Shown: piece by piece, positions 1 through 8,750 of the stretch
Numbering within the stretch: the stretch's first letter is position 1
Layout: each line of letters opens with the position of its first letter
Origin: Cereibacter sphaeroides 2.4.1
GTDB lineage: Bacteria > Pseudomonadota > Alphaproteobacteria > Rhodobacterales > Rhodobacteraceae
Length of the DNA stretch: 32,000 nucleotides
Assembly (NCBI RefSeq): GCF_000012905.2
Contig: NC_007494.2
Location: 390,001 to 422,000, forward strand
Reading direction: 5' to 3'
The notes under the pieces: model-generated
What the model saw: the letters and a program-made list of their open reading frames with translations, nothing else
What the model was told of the DNA's origin: nothing
Database searches by the model: none
Program-made: the position numbers and the translations under genes

Positions 1-16
1 TGAGCGGCGCCGCGGC

Positions 17-490
17 TCAGGCCGGGGCGAGGATCTTCGTGAGCAGCCCGTCCGCCCCGGCGGTGACATCCGACCAGGTGGTGAGGAACCCTTCGGGACC
101 GCTGTAATAGGGATCCGACACGGCCTGTCCCTCCCGCCCCGGCACATGGTCGAGCAGGAGCGACAGTCGCGCCCGGGCGCTCTGCGGGCGCAGTTCGCGC
201 AGCGCCACCAGATTGTCGAGGTCGAGCGCCACGACATGATCGAACAGGCCGAAATCCTTCCTTGCCACCTGACGGGCGCGGTAATGGCTGATGTCGATGC
301 CGTTCGCGCGCGCCACCTCCTGCGCGCGCGGATCGGGCGCCTCGCCCGCATGCCAGCCGCCGAGGCCCGCGCTGTCGACGGTGAGGCGGAGGCCGCGCTC
401 GTCCGCAGCGGCGCGGAAGGCGGCCTCGGCGAGCGGCGAGCGGCAGATGTTGCCGAGGCAGACGAAGAGGACGGAGGGAAGAAGACTCAT
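17..490 (-). CDS. Low-molecular-weight protein-tyrosine phosphatase
   Basis: 157-aa ORF with N-terminal CLGNICRSP (CX5R P-loop) and C-terminal DPYY motif, typical of LMW-PTP family enzymes. Confidence 0.9.
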   Translation of the reverse strand: MSLLPSVLFVCLGNICRSPLAEAAFRAAADERGLRLTVDSAGLGGWHAGEAPDPRAQEVARANGIDISHYRARQVARKDFGLFDHVVALDLDNLVALRELRPQSARARLSLLLDHVPGREGQAVSDPYYSGPEGFLTTWSDVTAGADGLLTKILAPA

Positions 491-633
491 GGTTACCTCG
501 AACAGAACGGGGCGAGCCTAGGTGGATCCCGAAACGGCCTCAAGAGGTTGCGCCGCGCGCGCGCCGTGGCCCGGATGGCGCCGGAGCCTTGCGCGGAACG
601 CCTCGGGCGGCCAGTGCCGGCCGTCCTGCGACA

Positions 634-1293
634 TCAGCGCAGGCGGGCGAAGGTGAAGGCCGCGGCCCACCCCATGAGATAGCCGCCCAGATGCGCCTCC
701 CAGGCGAGGCCGCCCTGCAGGAAGACGAAGAGCGCGAGGTTCGCTATGGCCAGACCCAGGATCATGTTGAGAATCGGCCGCAGCGACAGCCCCAGCGCCT
801 TCCGCCGCTGGAAATCCCAGGCGTTCCAGATGCCGAGGAATCCGAAGGCCGCGCCCGAGGCGCCGATCATCGGCCCGCTCGACATCGAGATCAGCCCGAA
901 GGCCGCGCCGCCTGCGATGGCCGAGGCACCGAACAGCAGGTAGGTGCGCAGGGCGCCGACCTTCTCGCCGATCACCTTGCCGAGCGACAAAAGGATCACC
1001 CCGTTCATCACCATGTGCAGGAAATTCGCATGGAGGAAGGCGTGGGTGAGGAACATCGCCTCGCGCTGGAGCGGATAGAGCTCGCCCGCCCCGGGCGCCA
1101 GCAGCGGCGGCCAGAAGGCACCGAGCAGCAGCGCCATCGTCCGCCAGCGCGGATCGCCCACCCAGCCGGCATCGGCAGCCGTCAGCACGAGCTCGATGAG
1201 GGCGAGACTGCCGACCAGAGCCCAGATGTAGCCGGGGGCTCCGGCGGTGGAAGAGGAAAGCGGGCCCGTGCGGCGATTCTGGGAGTGCGACAT
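634..1293 (-). CDS. Rhomboid family intramembrane serine protease
   Basis: 219-aa polytopic ORF with rhomboid signatures: HANFLHMVMN (HxxxN), GASGAAFG (GxSG catalytic Ser) and AHLGGYLMG (catalytic His). Confidence 0.85.
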   Translation of the reverse strand: MSHSQNRRTGPLSSSTAGAPGYIWALVGSLALIELVLTAADAGWVGDPRWRTMALLLGAFWPPLLAPGAGELYPLQREAMFLTHAFLHANFLHMVMNGVILLSLGKVIGEKVGALRTYLLFGASAIAGGAAFGLISMSSGPMIGASGAAFGFLGIWNAWDFQRRKALGLSLRPILNMILGLAIANLALFVFLQGGLAWEAHLGGYLMGWAAAFTFARLR

Positions 1294-1408
1294 GCAGAGG
1301 AGATAGGCCGGCGCGGCGCTTCGGCCAAGGGGGGTCCGGCAGACGCGGGGCCTGAGGCCCCCGACCTCTGGGGCCCGCCCCTGAACGGACGGACCCCCGG
1401 AAAGTCCA

Positions 1409-1430
1409 CGGCCGCGTGGCAGCGCGGCCG
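1409..1430 (-). terminator. GC-rich hairpin downstream of the OMP gene (possible terminator)
   Basis: Perfect 8-bp stem CGGCCGCG/CGCGGCCG with a 6-nt loop, just after the stop of the 1441-2352 gene on the minus strand. There is no clear U tract. Confidence 0.35.
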
Positions 1431-1440
1431 CGGGAACCCC

Positions 1441-2352
1441 TCAGAAGGCCGAGAAGAGGGTCGAGCTCAGCGCGCTGTGGCGCGGGTTCAGGACCGTGTC
1501 GGCCACGCTGCCGAGCGGCACCGAGGCGCTGCGGCCCCCGAGCGGGATGCTCAGGCCCAGACGGACGGTCGTCCCGTGGCCGTCGAGCCCCATCACGTCC
1601 AGCTCCGACCGCGCCAGTTCGAGCGAGACGACGGCATTGGCCTGGGTCGCCTGCGACAGGTCGTAGGAGACGCCCACCCCGAGAGTGGTCAGGTCCGCGT
1701 CGATCACGTCGAGCGAAGCGCCGGTCAGACCGCCGAACAGGGTCCAGCCCGCCTGCAGGTCGTAGGATCCGGCGATGCCCAGCACATCCAGATCCACATC
1801 CTCGAACCCGTCGGCCGAGAGGGTCGTGCGCTGGAGGTTCACGCCCACGAGCCCGTTCGCGAAGCCGCTGTAGCGGAAGCTCGCGCCGAAGTCGGTGAGA
1901 TCGATGCCCGAGGGCAGGTCGTCGATGTCGCTCTCGCCGTAGAAGCCGGTCACGAGCGCGCCCTCGGCCTCATAGCCCGCGGTGAGGCCGTAGGACTTCA
2001 TGGTGGCGTCGCCGAACCCGTCGAGGTCGAGGCGGGCCTGTTCGCCGTAAAGGCCGAGCGAGGCGCCGTTCTGGAAGCCGTAGCTGCCGGTCACGCCCGC
2101 GAAGCTGCGGGTCACATCGTCGTCGCCATCGTCCAGCGAGGCGGTCGCGAGGTCGAGACCGAAGCGCAGGCCGTTGCCCAGGTCGAGGCCGAAGCGGCCG
2201 GCGAGGCTCAGCGTCGTCACGTCGCTGTCGGTGTCCGAGACGTTGGTCTCCCCATAGCCCAGAGTCACCGCTCCGTCGAAGGTCTGCGCGAGGAGCGGCA
2301 GAGGCAGTGCACTGGCAAGGATGGTCGAAATTACAAGATAACGAGGGGTCAT
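1441..2352 (-). CDS. Outer-membrane beta-barrel (porin-like) protein, family not recognised
   Basis: 303-aa ORF with a signal peptide (LPLPLLAQT), a Gly/Asp-rich alternating strand pattern (GLDLG, GYGE, SYGF repeats) and a C-terminal aromatic residue (LFSAF). Confidence 0.65.
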   Translation of the reverse strand: MTPRYLVISTILASALPLPLLAQTFDGAVTLGYGETNVSDTDSDVTTLSLAGRFGLDLGNGLRFGLDLATASLDDGDDDVTRSFAGVTGSYGFQNGASLGLYGEQARLDLDGFGDATMKSYGLTAGYEAEGALVTGFYGESDIDDLPSGIDLTDFGASFRYSGFANGLVGVNLQRTTLSADGFEDVDLDVLGIAGSYDLQAGWTLFGGLTGASLDVIDADLTTLGVGVSYDLSQATQANAVVSLELARSELDVMGLDGHGTTVRLGLSIPLGGRSASVPLGSVADTVLNPRHSALSSTLFSAF

Positions 2353-2592
2353 GGTCGTAGGTCCGTCAGTGAATGTCCGACCTCCCTACCGGCGGGCGCC
2401 CGACCGGCGCAATTGCGGCCCCTCCACTCCATCCCTCTGATGTTGCCCGACAATCACACTATGCGGCACCCGTTCAACGCCCAAGCGAGCCGGTCGCGGG
2501 CCCCGATCGCCTTGCACCGAAGGGCTCTCGGCGGCATGAAAAAGCCCCGGTGCGACGGATGCGCCCGGGGCCCTTTGCATCGAAGCGGGAAT

Positions 2593-2766
2593 TTATTCGA
2601 CCGTCGCCTGCAGACGCGCGATCTCGTCCTTGAGATGCAGCTTCTCTTTCTTCATCGCCTGAATCTCGAGATCGTCGACGCCGTGATCGCGCGCGGCAGC
2701 CTCGATGGCCGCATCGAGCTCGTCATGTCGGCGCTGCAGCGTGGAGATGTGTGTTTCGACGGTCAT
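2593..2766 (-). CDS. DUF465 (YdcH-like) small coiled-coil protein
   Basis: Track ORF 2593-2898 trimmed to the internal ATG at 2764-2766, which is preceded by an AAGGAGGAG RBS. The 57-aa product MTVETHISTLQRRHDELDAAIE...EIQAMKKEKLHLKDEI fits the DUF465 pattern. Confidence 0.8.
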   Translation of the reverse strand: MTVETHISTLQRRHDELDAAIEAAARDHGVDDLEIQAMKKEKLHLKDEIARLQATVE

Positions 2767-3251
2767 TCTGGCTCCTCCTTGAACCGGGCCTTTTTTCTGA
2801 CGTGGGCATTTTCCGGCGTGCTGCAAGGGGGTTCGACGGTTTCTTTTGCCACAGGTGCGGAAGGTCGCCGGCTCGGCCGAGCTCGCTCTGCGCCCCACAG
2901 CCCCCGGCGCCGCCGGACCGGCAGGCGGCGGTCCTCGACGGCAGGTTCTGCGAGAGCGGTTCCGAGGTCATGGCGAGTGTTCCCGAGCCCGGCCCGGAGA
3001 GAGGCCGCTGCCTTGGCCAGCGGCAGGCGCGGTGGCAGGGGTCCCTGCGCCTTCTCCGGCCGCGAGCTTCCATGCGATCCAGAGCTTCGACAGCGGCACG
3101 ACCAGCCCTCGTCCCGCTGGCCGATGCGCCTCCTGCGGCCGCCGGCCCGTGTGCGGTCCCGAGCGTCGGAAGCAGCGAGCCTGACGCGCGACCAGCCGTC
3201 GGGGTGGCCGACGCGCCGTTTGCCTCTGGCCGGCTTGCGGCAGGCGCCTAG

Positions 3252-3980
3252 ATGTCCGGGCAGAGCCCCGTGCCGGGGCCTGCGTGCGAGGTGCCTGTGC
3301 GAGTCCTGCAGTCTCTCCTTTCCCTGCTCTTCGTGTCCCTCCTCCTGCTGGGCGTCTGGTGGTTCGTCGACCATTCGGTGAGCCGCGGCCTCCGGATGGG
3401 CGAGGCCGCCGAGCAGGCAAGCTCGCGACTCTTCCACCCCGAGGCCCGGGTCGCGACCCTCGCCATCTACGGCCACATGGTGCTGGGCGGGCTGCTCACC
3501 CTGCTCGCGCCGCTCCAGCTTCTGGGGGTCGTGCGCCGGAGATGGCCCTCGATCCACCGGGGACTGGGCTATGCCGTGGCCGGCCTCGCGCTCGCCACGG
3601 GAGCAGGCGGGCTCCTCTACATCCTCGGGCAGGGCACGGTCGGCGGGCCATGGATGAGCGTGGGCTTCGGCCTCTACGGCCTCCTCCTCATGCTGACGGC
3701 GGCGCGGACGGTCACCCTCGCCCGCAGCCGCGACCCCGCGCACCGCGCCTGGGCCGGCCGGCTCGTGATCCTCGCGCTCGGCTCCTGGATCTACCGGATG
3801 CACTACGGGCTCTGGCATGCCACGACGGGAGGCCTCGCCACGGCCGACGATTTCAGCGGCACCTTCGACCGCGTGCAGGTCTTCGCCTTCTACCTGCCCT
3901 ATCTCCTGCTCTTCGAGATCCTGCGCCGACTCTGGCGACCGTGGAGAAGATCGGCCGCGCTCACCGCCCGGCGCGCGTGA
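3252..3980 (+). CDS. Integral membrane protein (DUF2306-like)
   Basis: 242-aa ORF with several hydrophobic helices and good GC3 bias. The DUF2306 assignment is from recollection of the family pattern only. Confidence 0.6.
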   Translation: MSGQSPVPGPACEVPVRVLQSLLSLLFVSLLLLGVWWFVDHSVSRGLRMGEAAEQASSRLFHPEARVATLAIYGHMVLGGLLTLLAPLQLLGVVRRRWPSIHRGLGYAVAGLALATGAGGLLYILGQGTVGGPWMSVGFGLYGLLLMLTAARTVTLARSRDPAHRAWAGRLVILALGSWIYRMHYGLWHATTGGLATADDFSGTFDRVQVFAFYLPYLLLFEILRRLWRPWRRSAALTARRA

Positions 3981-4141
3981 TGGGGGCCGCGACGGGTGCC
4001 GGTCCGAACGCACATCGCCACGCCACAGGGCACCTCATCCCCGCAGGGGAGGCAGGCGCCACGGATCCCGCTGCCTTCTCGGGTCGAGACTGAGGACGCG
4101 GCAGATGAACGCTCACCCCGTCGACAAGATGCAATTCGCGC

Positions 4142-4161
4142 CTTTGATTGCGAAATCAAAG
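4142..4161. promoter_or_regulatory. 20-bp perfect palindrome CTTTGATT-GCGA-AATCAAAG (FNR-like half-sites with N6 spacing) in an AT-rich island
   Basis: The arms are exact reverse complements. It sits in a rare AT-rich island about 330 bp upstream of the SLC13 permease. A second inverted repeat, CAATCA-N5-TGATTG, lies at 4172-4188. Confidence 0.35.
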
Positions 4162-4487
4162 CACTGCTCGGCAATCATCATGTGATTGATGAGGAGCTGT
4201 CGGTGGGTCTCCCGGCACCCCCGAACGCTCTCCTGCCACCCGGCCGGCGGCGGAACGGGCACCTCCGGAAGAGGTCGGCGTTCCACCACCCGCCATCCCG
4301 CGCACCTCGAGCCGCCCGTCCGCGGCAACATTAGCCCGGCCGCAGCCGAAGCGCGAAGAATCCTGTTGCCTAAAGCCGCGCGGCGGGAGATTTCTCTGCG
4401 CTGACGCCGTCCTCTGGCCTCCGCTCCGCAAGATCCGGGAGGCGCCGAAGGGTCGGGACGAGGCGTGCGACCCTAGCCGAGGCCTTC

Positions 4488-6266
4488 ATGCTCTCACTCC
4501 CTCTCGATCCCGTGCAGGCGCCCTGGGCGGCGATCGCCGTCATCCTTGCGATGCTCGTGTTCTTCGTGCTCGAGATCCTGCCCGTCGAGGTCACGGCCAT
4601 CGTCGGCGCGACGGCGATGGTGCTTCTGGGGCTTCTGCCGCAGGAGGAGGTGCTCGACGTCCTGTCCAATGCGGCGCCCTGGACCATCGCCGCCATGTTC
4701 GTGATCGTGGGCGCCCTCGTGCGGACAGGCGCGCTCGACTGGATCACGCGGCTGGCCACGCAGCATGTGGGCCTGCGCCCCAGAACCACGGTCGCGGTGC
4801 TCTGCGTGGGCATCGTCGCCATGTCGGCGGTCGTCAACAACACGCCCATCGTCGTGGTCTTCCTGCCCGTCTTCATCCAGCTGGCCGCCGAGATGCGGAT
4901 CGCGCCGTCGAAGCTCCTCATCCCGCTCTCCTATCTGTCGATCATGGGGGGCACCGTCACGCTGATCGGAACCTCGACGAACCTCGTCGTCGATGGCGTG
5001 GCGCGCGCGAACGGCCTCGACCCCTTCGGGATCTTCGAGATCACCCCCGTGGGCCTGCCGCTCGCCATCGTGGGGATGCTCTATCTGGCCTTCCTCGGGC
5101 CGAAGCTCCTTCCCGCGCGCAGCTCGATGGCCGGGATGCTGACGGGCAAGCGGCGGATGAAGTTCTTCACCGAGGTCGCGGTGCCCGAGGGCTCGCCCCT
5201 GATCGGCAAGACGCTGGAGCAGGTCGAGATCTTCCGGCGCAGCGACGTGCAGGTGATCGATGTGCTGCGCGGCGACAGCTCGCTCCGCCGCGCACTGGCG
5301 ACGGTAGAGCTGGCCGCGGGCGACCGGGTGGTGCTGCGCTCGCCGATGGGAGAGATCCTGACCCTGCAGGATCATCGCCACCTCCAGCTCGTGAACCGGC
5401 TGGCGTCGGTCCAGACCCAGACGGTCGAGGTGCTCATCACCCCCGGCTGCCGGCTGATCGGCCGGTCGCTGGGCGATCTCCGGCTCAGGCGGCGCTACGG
5501 CGTCTATCCGCTGGCTGTCCATCGCCGCAACCGCAACCTCGGGCGGCAGATGGACGATGTGGTGGTGGCGGTGGGCGACACGCTGCTGCTCGAAGGCGCG
5601 ATGGACGACATCCGCCGCCTCGCGCAGGAGATGGATCTGACCGACCTCTCCCACCCGCAGGAGCGTCCCTTCCGGCGGCGCCGCGCGCCCATCGCGGTGG
5701 CGGTGCTGGCGGCGATCATCCTGCTCTCGTCCTTCGACGTGGCCCCGATCGAGATCCTCGCCTTCATGGGCGTGACCGTGGTGCTCGTCACGCGCTGCAT
5801 CGACAGCGAGGAGGCCTTCGCCTCGATCGACGGGCGGCTGATGGCGATGCTGTTCGGGATGATCGCGGTGGGTGCGGGCCTCGATCATTCCGGCGCGGTC
5901 GAGCTGATCGTGGGCTGGGCCGAGCCGTGGCTTGCGGATCTGCCGGCGTGGCTTCTGATCTTCTGCGTCTTCGCGCTCACCTCGCTGCTGACCGAGCTTC
6001 TGTCCAACAATGCGGTGGCGGTGGTGGTGACACCCGTGGCCATCGAGCTTGCCCAGCGGCTCGGCGTCGATCCGCGGCCGATTCTGGTGGCCGTGATGAT
6101 GGGCGCCTCGTTCGGCTTCGCCACCCCCATCGGTTATCAGTGCAACCTGCTGGTCTATGGGCCGGGCGGCTACACGTTCGGAGACTTCCTCCGCATCGGC
6201 GTGCCGCTCAACGTGCTTATGGGCGTGGCCGCGGCCATCGTGATCCCGCTGGTCTACGGCCTCTGA
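4488..6266 (+). CDS. SLC13/DASS-family anion permease with two central TrkA-C (RCK_C) domains
   Basis: 592-aa ORF with polytopic N- and C-terminal halves. Between them lie two soluble repeats (PEGSPLIGKTLEQVEI...AAGDRVVLRS and TPGCRLIGRSLGDLRL...AVGDTLLLEG) typical of TrkA-C inserts. A GAGG RBS lies 8 nt upstream. Confidence 0.85.
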   Translation: MLSLPLDPVQAPWAAIAVILAMLVFFVLEILPVEVTAIVGATAMVLLGLLPQEEVLDVLSNAAPWTIAAMFVIVGALVRTGALDWITRLATQHVGLRPRTTVAVLCVGIVAMSAVVNNTPIVVVFLPVFIQLAAEMRIAPSKLLIPLSYLSIMGGTVTLIGTSTNLVVDGVARANGLDPFGIFEITPVGLPLAIVGMLYLAFLGPKLLPARSSMAGMLTGKRRMKFFTEVAVPEGSPLIGKTLEQVEIFRRSDVQVIDVLRGDSSLRRALATVELAAGDRVVLRSPMGEILTLQDHRHLQLVNRLASVQTQTVEVLITPGCRLIGRSLGDLRLRRRYGVYPLAVHRRNRNLGRQMDDVVVAVGDTLLLEGAMDDIRRLAQEMDLTDLSHPQERPFRRRRAPIAVAVLAAIILLSSFDVAPIEILAFMGVTVVLVTRCIDSEEAFASIDGRLMAMLFGMIAVGAGLDHSGAVELIVGWAEPWLADLPAWLLIFCVFALTSLLTELLSNNAVAVVVTPVAIELAQRLGVDPRPILVAVMMGASFGFATPIGYQCNLLVYGPGGYTFGDFLRIGVPLNVLMGVAAAIVIPLVYGL

Positions 6267-6399
6267 CGGACCCTGCCCGCTCCGGCGGCACATGGGTCCG
6301 GGTCCGCGGAGGGCCCGGCGAGCCCGCCTCGAGGCGGCCTGCCGCCCTCTGCCCGTCCGCCACCCGTGCAGACCCATCCGGCGGCGGCGCCCGATCCGC

Positions 6400-6864
6400 T
6401 CACTCCTCCCAGGGGGCACCGGCTGCATCGGTCGCAGGGCGCGGCACGGCGGCGATGCGCTCGGCCGTGACCGGATCGGCCGGGGCGCGGCAGATGTCCC
6501 ACTCCTCCTGCCCCGCGGGATAGGCCCCGAACAGGAGGAAATCCTCCGACGCTTCCATCCGCGCGTGCCCCGTTCCGGGCGGCAGGATCAGGAGGTCGCC
6601 CGGCGTCACATCGACCGGCTGGCCCTCGGGGCCGCCGAGGCGCAGCCGCGCCCGCCCCGAGAGCACGCCCAGAGCCTCGAAGGCGTTGCTGTGGAAATGG
6701 TCGTAGTCGAATACGCCGTCGCGCCAGAGCGCCCGCCAGCCGTGACGGGCGACCTGCGCCTCGGCCTCGTCGGGGTCGGGCGGCAGGAGCCCGCGGTGCA
6801 GGATCACCGGCAGTGTCGGGTGGCTCCACCCCGCCATGAGGAGCTTCAGGGTCTCGCGGTGCAT
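6400..6864 (-). CDS. Cupin-domain protein
   Basis: 154-aa ORF with a cupin-like core (HFHSNAFEALGVLSGRARLRLGG...GDLLILPPGTGH) and a strong GAGGGAGA RBS. Confidence 0.75.
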   Translation of the reverse strand: MHRETLKLLMAGWSHPTLPVILHRGLLPPDPDEAEAQVARHGWRALWRDGVFDYDHFHSNAFEALGVLSGRARLRLGGPEGQPVDVTPGDLLILPPGTGHARMEASEDFLLFGAYPAGQEEWDICRAPADPVTAERIAAVPRPATDAAGAPWEE

Positions 6865-6922
6865 GGGCGTCTCCCTCTGATGGTGTCGGGTGACAACGCG
6901 CGGGACGCGGCCCTGGCTCCGA

Positions 6923-7639
6923 TCAGAACAGCCAGTGGGCCACGAGGGGCGCCACGAGGGCTGTGGTCACCGCTCCGACGCCGAGTCCGATCCCGGCGAA
7001 GGCCCCCGCCCGCGCGTCCGTCAGCATCATCTGCGCCGTGCCGATCCCGTGGGCGGCAAGGCCCACAGCGAAGCCGCGGGCCCGCGGGTCGCGGATGCGC
7101 AGGAGCGCCAGCAGCGGCGGCGCCAGCACCGCGCCCACGATGCCGGTCAGGATCACGAGCACCGCCGTCAGGGTGGGCGAGCCGCCGATCCCTTCCGAGA
7201 CGCCGATGGCCACCGGCGCGGTGGCCGACTTGGGCAGCATCGACAGGATGGTGCCCGCGGGCAGGCCCATGGCCCGGCCGATCAGCACGACGCTGCCGAG
7301 CGCCGCGGTGAGACCCGCCGCAAGCGCCGCCGCCATCGGCAGGAGCGACCGGCGCACCGCGGCGCGATTGTCCCAGAGAGGCGTGGCCAGCGCCACCGTC
7401 ACCGGCCCCAGCATGAAATGCACGAACTGCGCGCCCTCGAAATAGGTGGCGTAGCTGGTGCCGGTGAGTTCCAGCGCCGCCGCCACCAGCGCCACCGCGA
7501 TCAGCACCGGATTGGCCCAGGCCCGGCGGCCCGCCCGCTCGAAGAGGAAACTGCCCGCAACGAAGGCCGCGAGGGTCAGGGCGAGCCAGAGGAGCGGGCC
7601 GTGGGCCAGATAGCTCCAGATCTCGGTGACGTCACGCAT
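6923..7639 (-). CDS. lrgB: LrgB/CidB-family membrane protein
   Basis: 238-aa polytopic ORF with LrgB-like motifs (MLPKSATAPVAIGVSE, GLAAHGIGTA). It overlaps the upstream lrgA-like stop by 8 bp. Confidence 0.85.
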   Translation of the reverse strand: MRDVTEIWSYLAHGPLLWLALTLAAFVAGSFLFERAGRRAWANPVLIAVALVAAALELTGTSYATYFEGAQFVHFMLGPVTVALATPLWDNRAAVRRSLLPMAAALAAGLTAALGSVVLIGRAMGLPAGTILSMLPKSATAPVAIGVSEGIGGSPTLTAVLVILTGIVGAVLAPPLLALLRIRDPRARGFAVGLAAHGIGTAQMMLTDARAGAFAGIGLGVGAVTTALVAPLVAHWLF

Positions 7640-7985
7640 CGCGCGGCCCCGTCAGCCGGGCCACGGCGGCGAAGGCCACGGCCGCGGCCAGAAGCGCGAG
7701 AACCGTGCTCGCGACCAGCGTCACCAGAAGCGGCACCGCCTCGTCGGCGAGCAGCCCGAGATGGCCCACGATCCCCACCCCAGCCGGCACGAACAGGAGC
7801 GACATGTACGACAGGATCGCGGCATTGGTGGGACGAAGCCGCTCGGCCAGCCCCTGACGCGCCGCAAAGAGCGCGAGCAGCATCAGAAGCCCGAGGATCG
7901 GCCCCGGCACGGGAAGTGCCGCGCCTCGGGCCAGAGCCTCGCCTGCGAGTTGCAGGAGCAGGAGGAGCGTCAGATGAGAGATCAT
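7632..7985 (-). CDS. lrgA: LrgA/CidA-family holin-like membrane protein
   Basis: Track ORF trimmed to the ATG at 7983-7985 (MISHLTLLLLLQLAGEAL...LPVPGPILGLLML). The 117-aa product has about four helices and is paired with lrgB. Confidence 0.8.
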   Translation of the reverse strand: MISHLTLLLLLQLAGEALARGAALPVPGPILGLLMLLALFAARQGLAERLRPTNAAILSYMSLLFVPAGVGIVGHLGLLADEAVPLLVTLVASTVLALLAAAVAFAAVARLTGPRDA

Positions 7986-7999
7986 GGGCAGGCCCCGGA

Positions 8000-8022
8000 A
8001 TTGGTCAACATAACGGACCAAT
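8000..8022. promoter_or_regulatory. Inverted repeat ATTGGTC-N9-GACCAAT (contains a T-N11-A LysR-type core) immediately upstream of lrgA
   Basis: Perfect 7-bp arms starting 15 bp upstream of the lrgA start codon, in the 108-bp gap after the racemase gene. Confidence 0.3.
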
Positions 8023-8093
8023 ATCGCGAATGCCTGCGGCCGTCACGCCCAATCCCTGCCACGCGCGCGCCTGTGAACGGCCGGAGGCCGCAG

Positions 8094-8750
8094 TCAGCCG
8101 CGGGCCGCGGAGACCACGGCCGGGGCGAGATGCGCGGCGGCGGCCACCCCGTCGATGAGCCTGAGGCCGGTATGCGCTGCCAGCGGCCGGACGAGGGGCG
8201 CCATGCCCGCGCAGCCCAGCACCGCCGCCGTCACCCCGTCCTCGGCCTCGGCGGCCGCGATCTCGGCCGCGAGCCGTGCGAGCGTCGGGGGCGCCGCCGC
8301 CTCGACCTCGAGCACCGCGAGGCCCGAGGCGCGGACCCGCCCGCACTGCCCCATCAGCCCGTAGCCGCGGAGGTTCTCCTCGATCACCGGCACCGACACG
8401 GGCAGGGTCGTCACGACCGAGAAGCGGTGGCCCAGAAGCGCTGCCAGATGGAAGGCCGCCTGCCCGATCCCGAGCACCGGGCACGAGGCCGCGGCGCGCA
8501 CCTCCGCGAGGCCGGTGTCGTCGAAACAAGCGAGCACGATGGCCTCGGCCCCCGCGGCGCGGGCCTCGGGCAGAAGCCGCAGGATGCCCGCCACTGCCGC
8601 CGCGCCGTCCTCGGGGCCCTGGATCGCCGGCGGACCGTCGGCATTGGTCCAGCCCAGGATCTCGTGCCCCGGGGCGGCCGCGCGGGCGGCCTCGACCACG
8701 GCCTCGGTCATCGTCGCGGTGGAATTGGGATTGATGTAGAGAAGCCGCAC
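8094..8750 (-). CDS. Asp/Glu/hydantoin racemase family protein
   Basis: 218-aa ORF with a GTG start (MRLLYINPNSTATMTE...), with ACFDDTG and VLGCAGMAP motifs marking the two catalytic-Cys regions of this family. It abuts the permease stop by 0 bp, consistent with an operon. Confidence 0.8.
   Translation of the reverse strand: MRLLYINPNSTATMTEAVVEAARAAAPGHEILGWTNADGPPAIQGPEDGAAAVAGILRLLPEARAAGAEAIVLACFDDTGLAEVRAAASCPVLGIGQAAFHLAALLGHRFSVVTTLPVSVPVIEENLRGYGLMGQCGRVRASGLAVLEVEAAAPPTLARLAAEIAAAEAEDGVTAAVLGCAGMAPLVRPLAAHTGLRLIDGVAAAAHLAPAVVSAARG

Noticed and set aside
1399-1407. GGAAAGTCC, reminiscent of the RNase P RNA conserved core (also GAGGAAAGG at about 27242)
   Set aside because: The intergenic space is far too short for RNase P RNA, and the rest of the conserved GAGGAAAGUCCGGGCUCC element is absent.
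589-3381. 930-aa ORF on the + strand spanning the rhomboid, OMP and DUF465 loci
   Set aside because: It is a shadow ORF antisense or out of frame to three well-supported genes. Its translation is Arg/Ala/Gly/Pro-rich with no motifs, typical of stop-poor frames in very GC-rich DNA.
4494-6428. 644-aa ORF antisense to the SLC13 permease
   Set aside because: It is a shadow frame of a gene with clear transporter and TrkA-C features. It is highly charged (R/D/E/H-rich), has low complexity and no recognisable domain.
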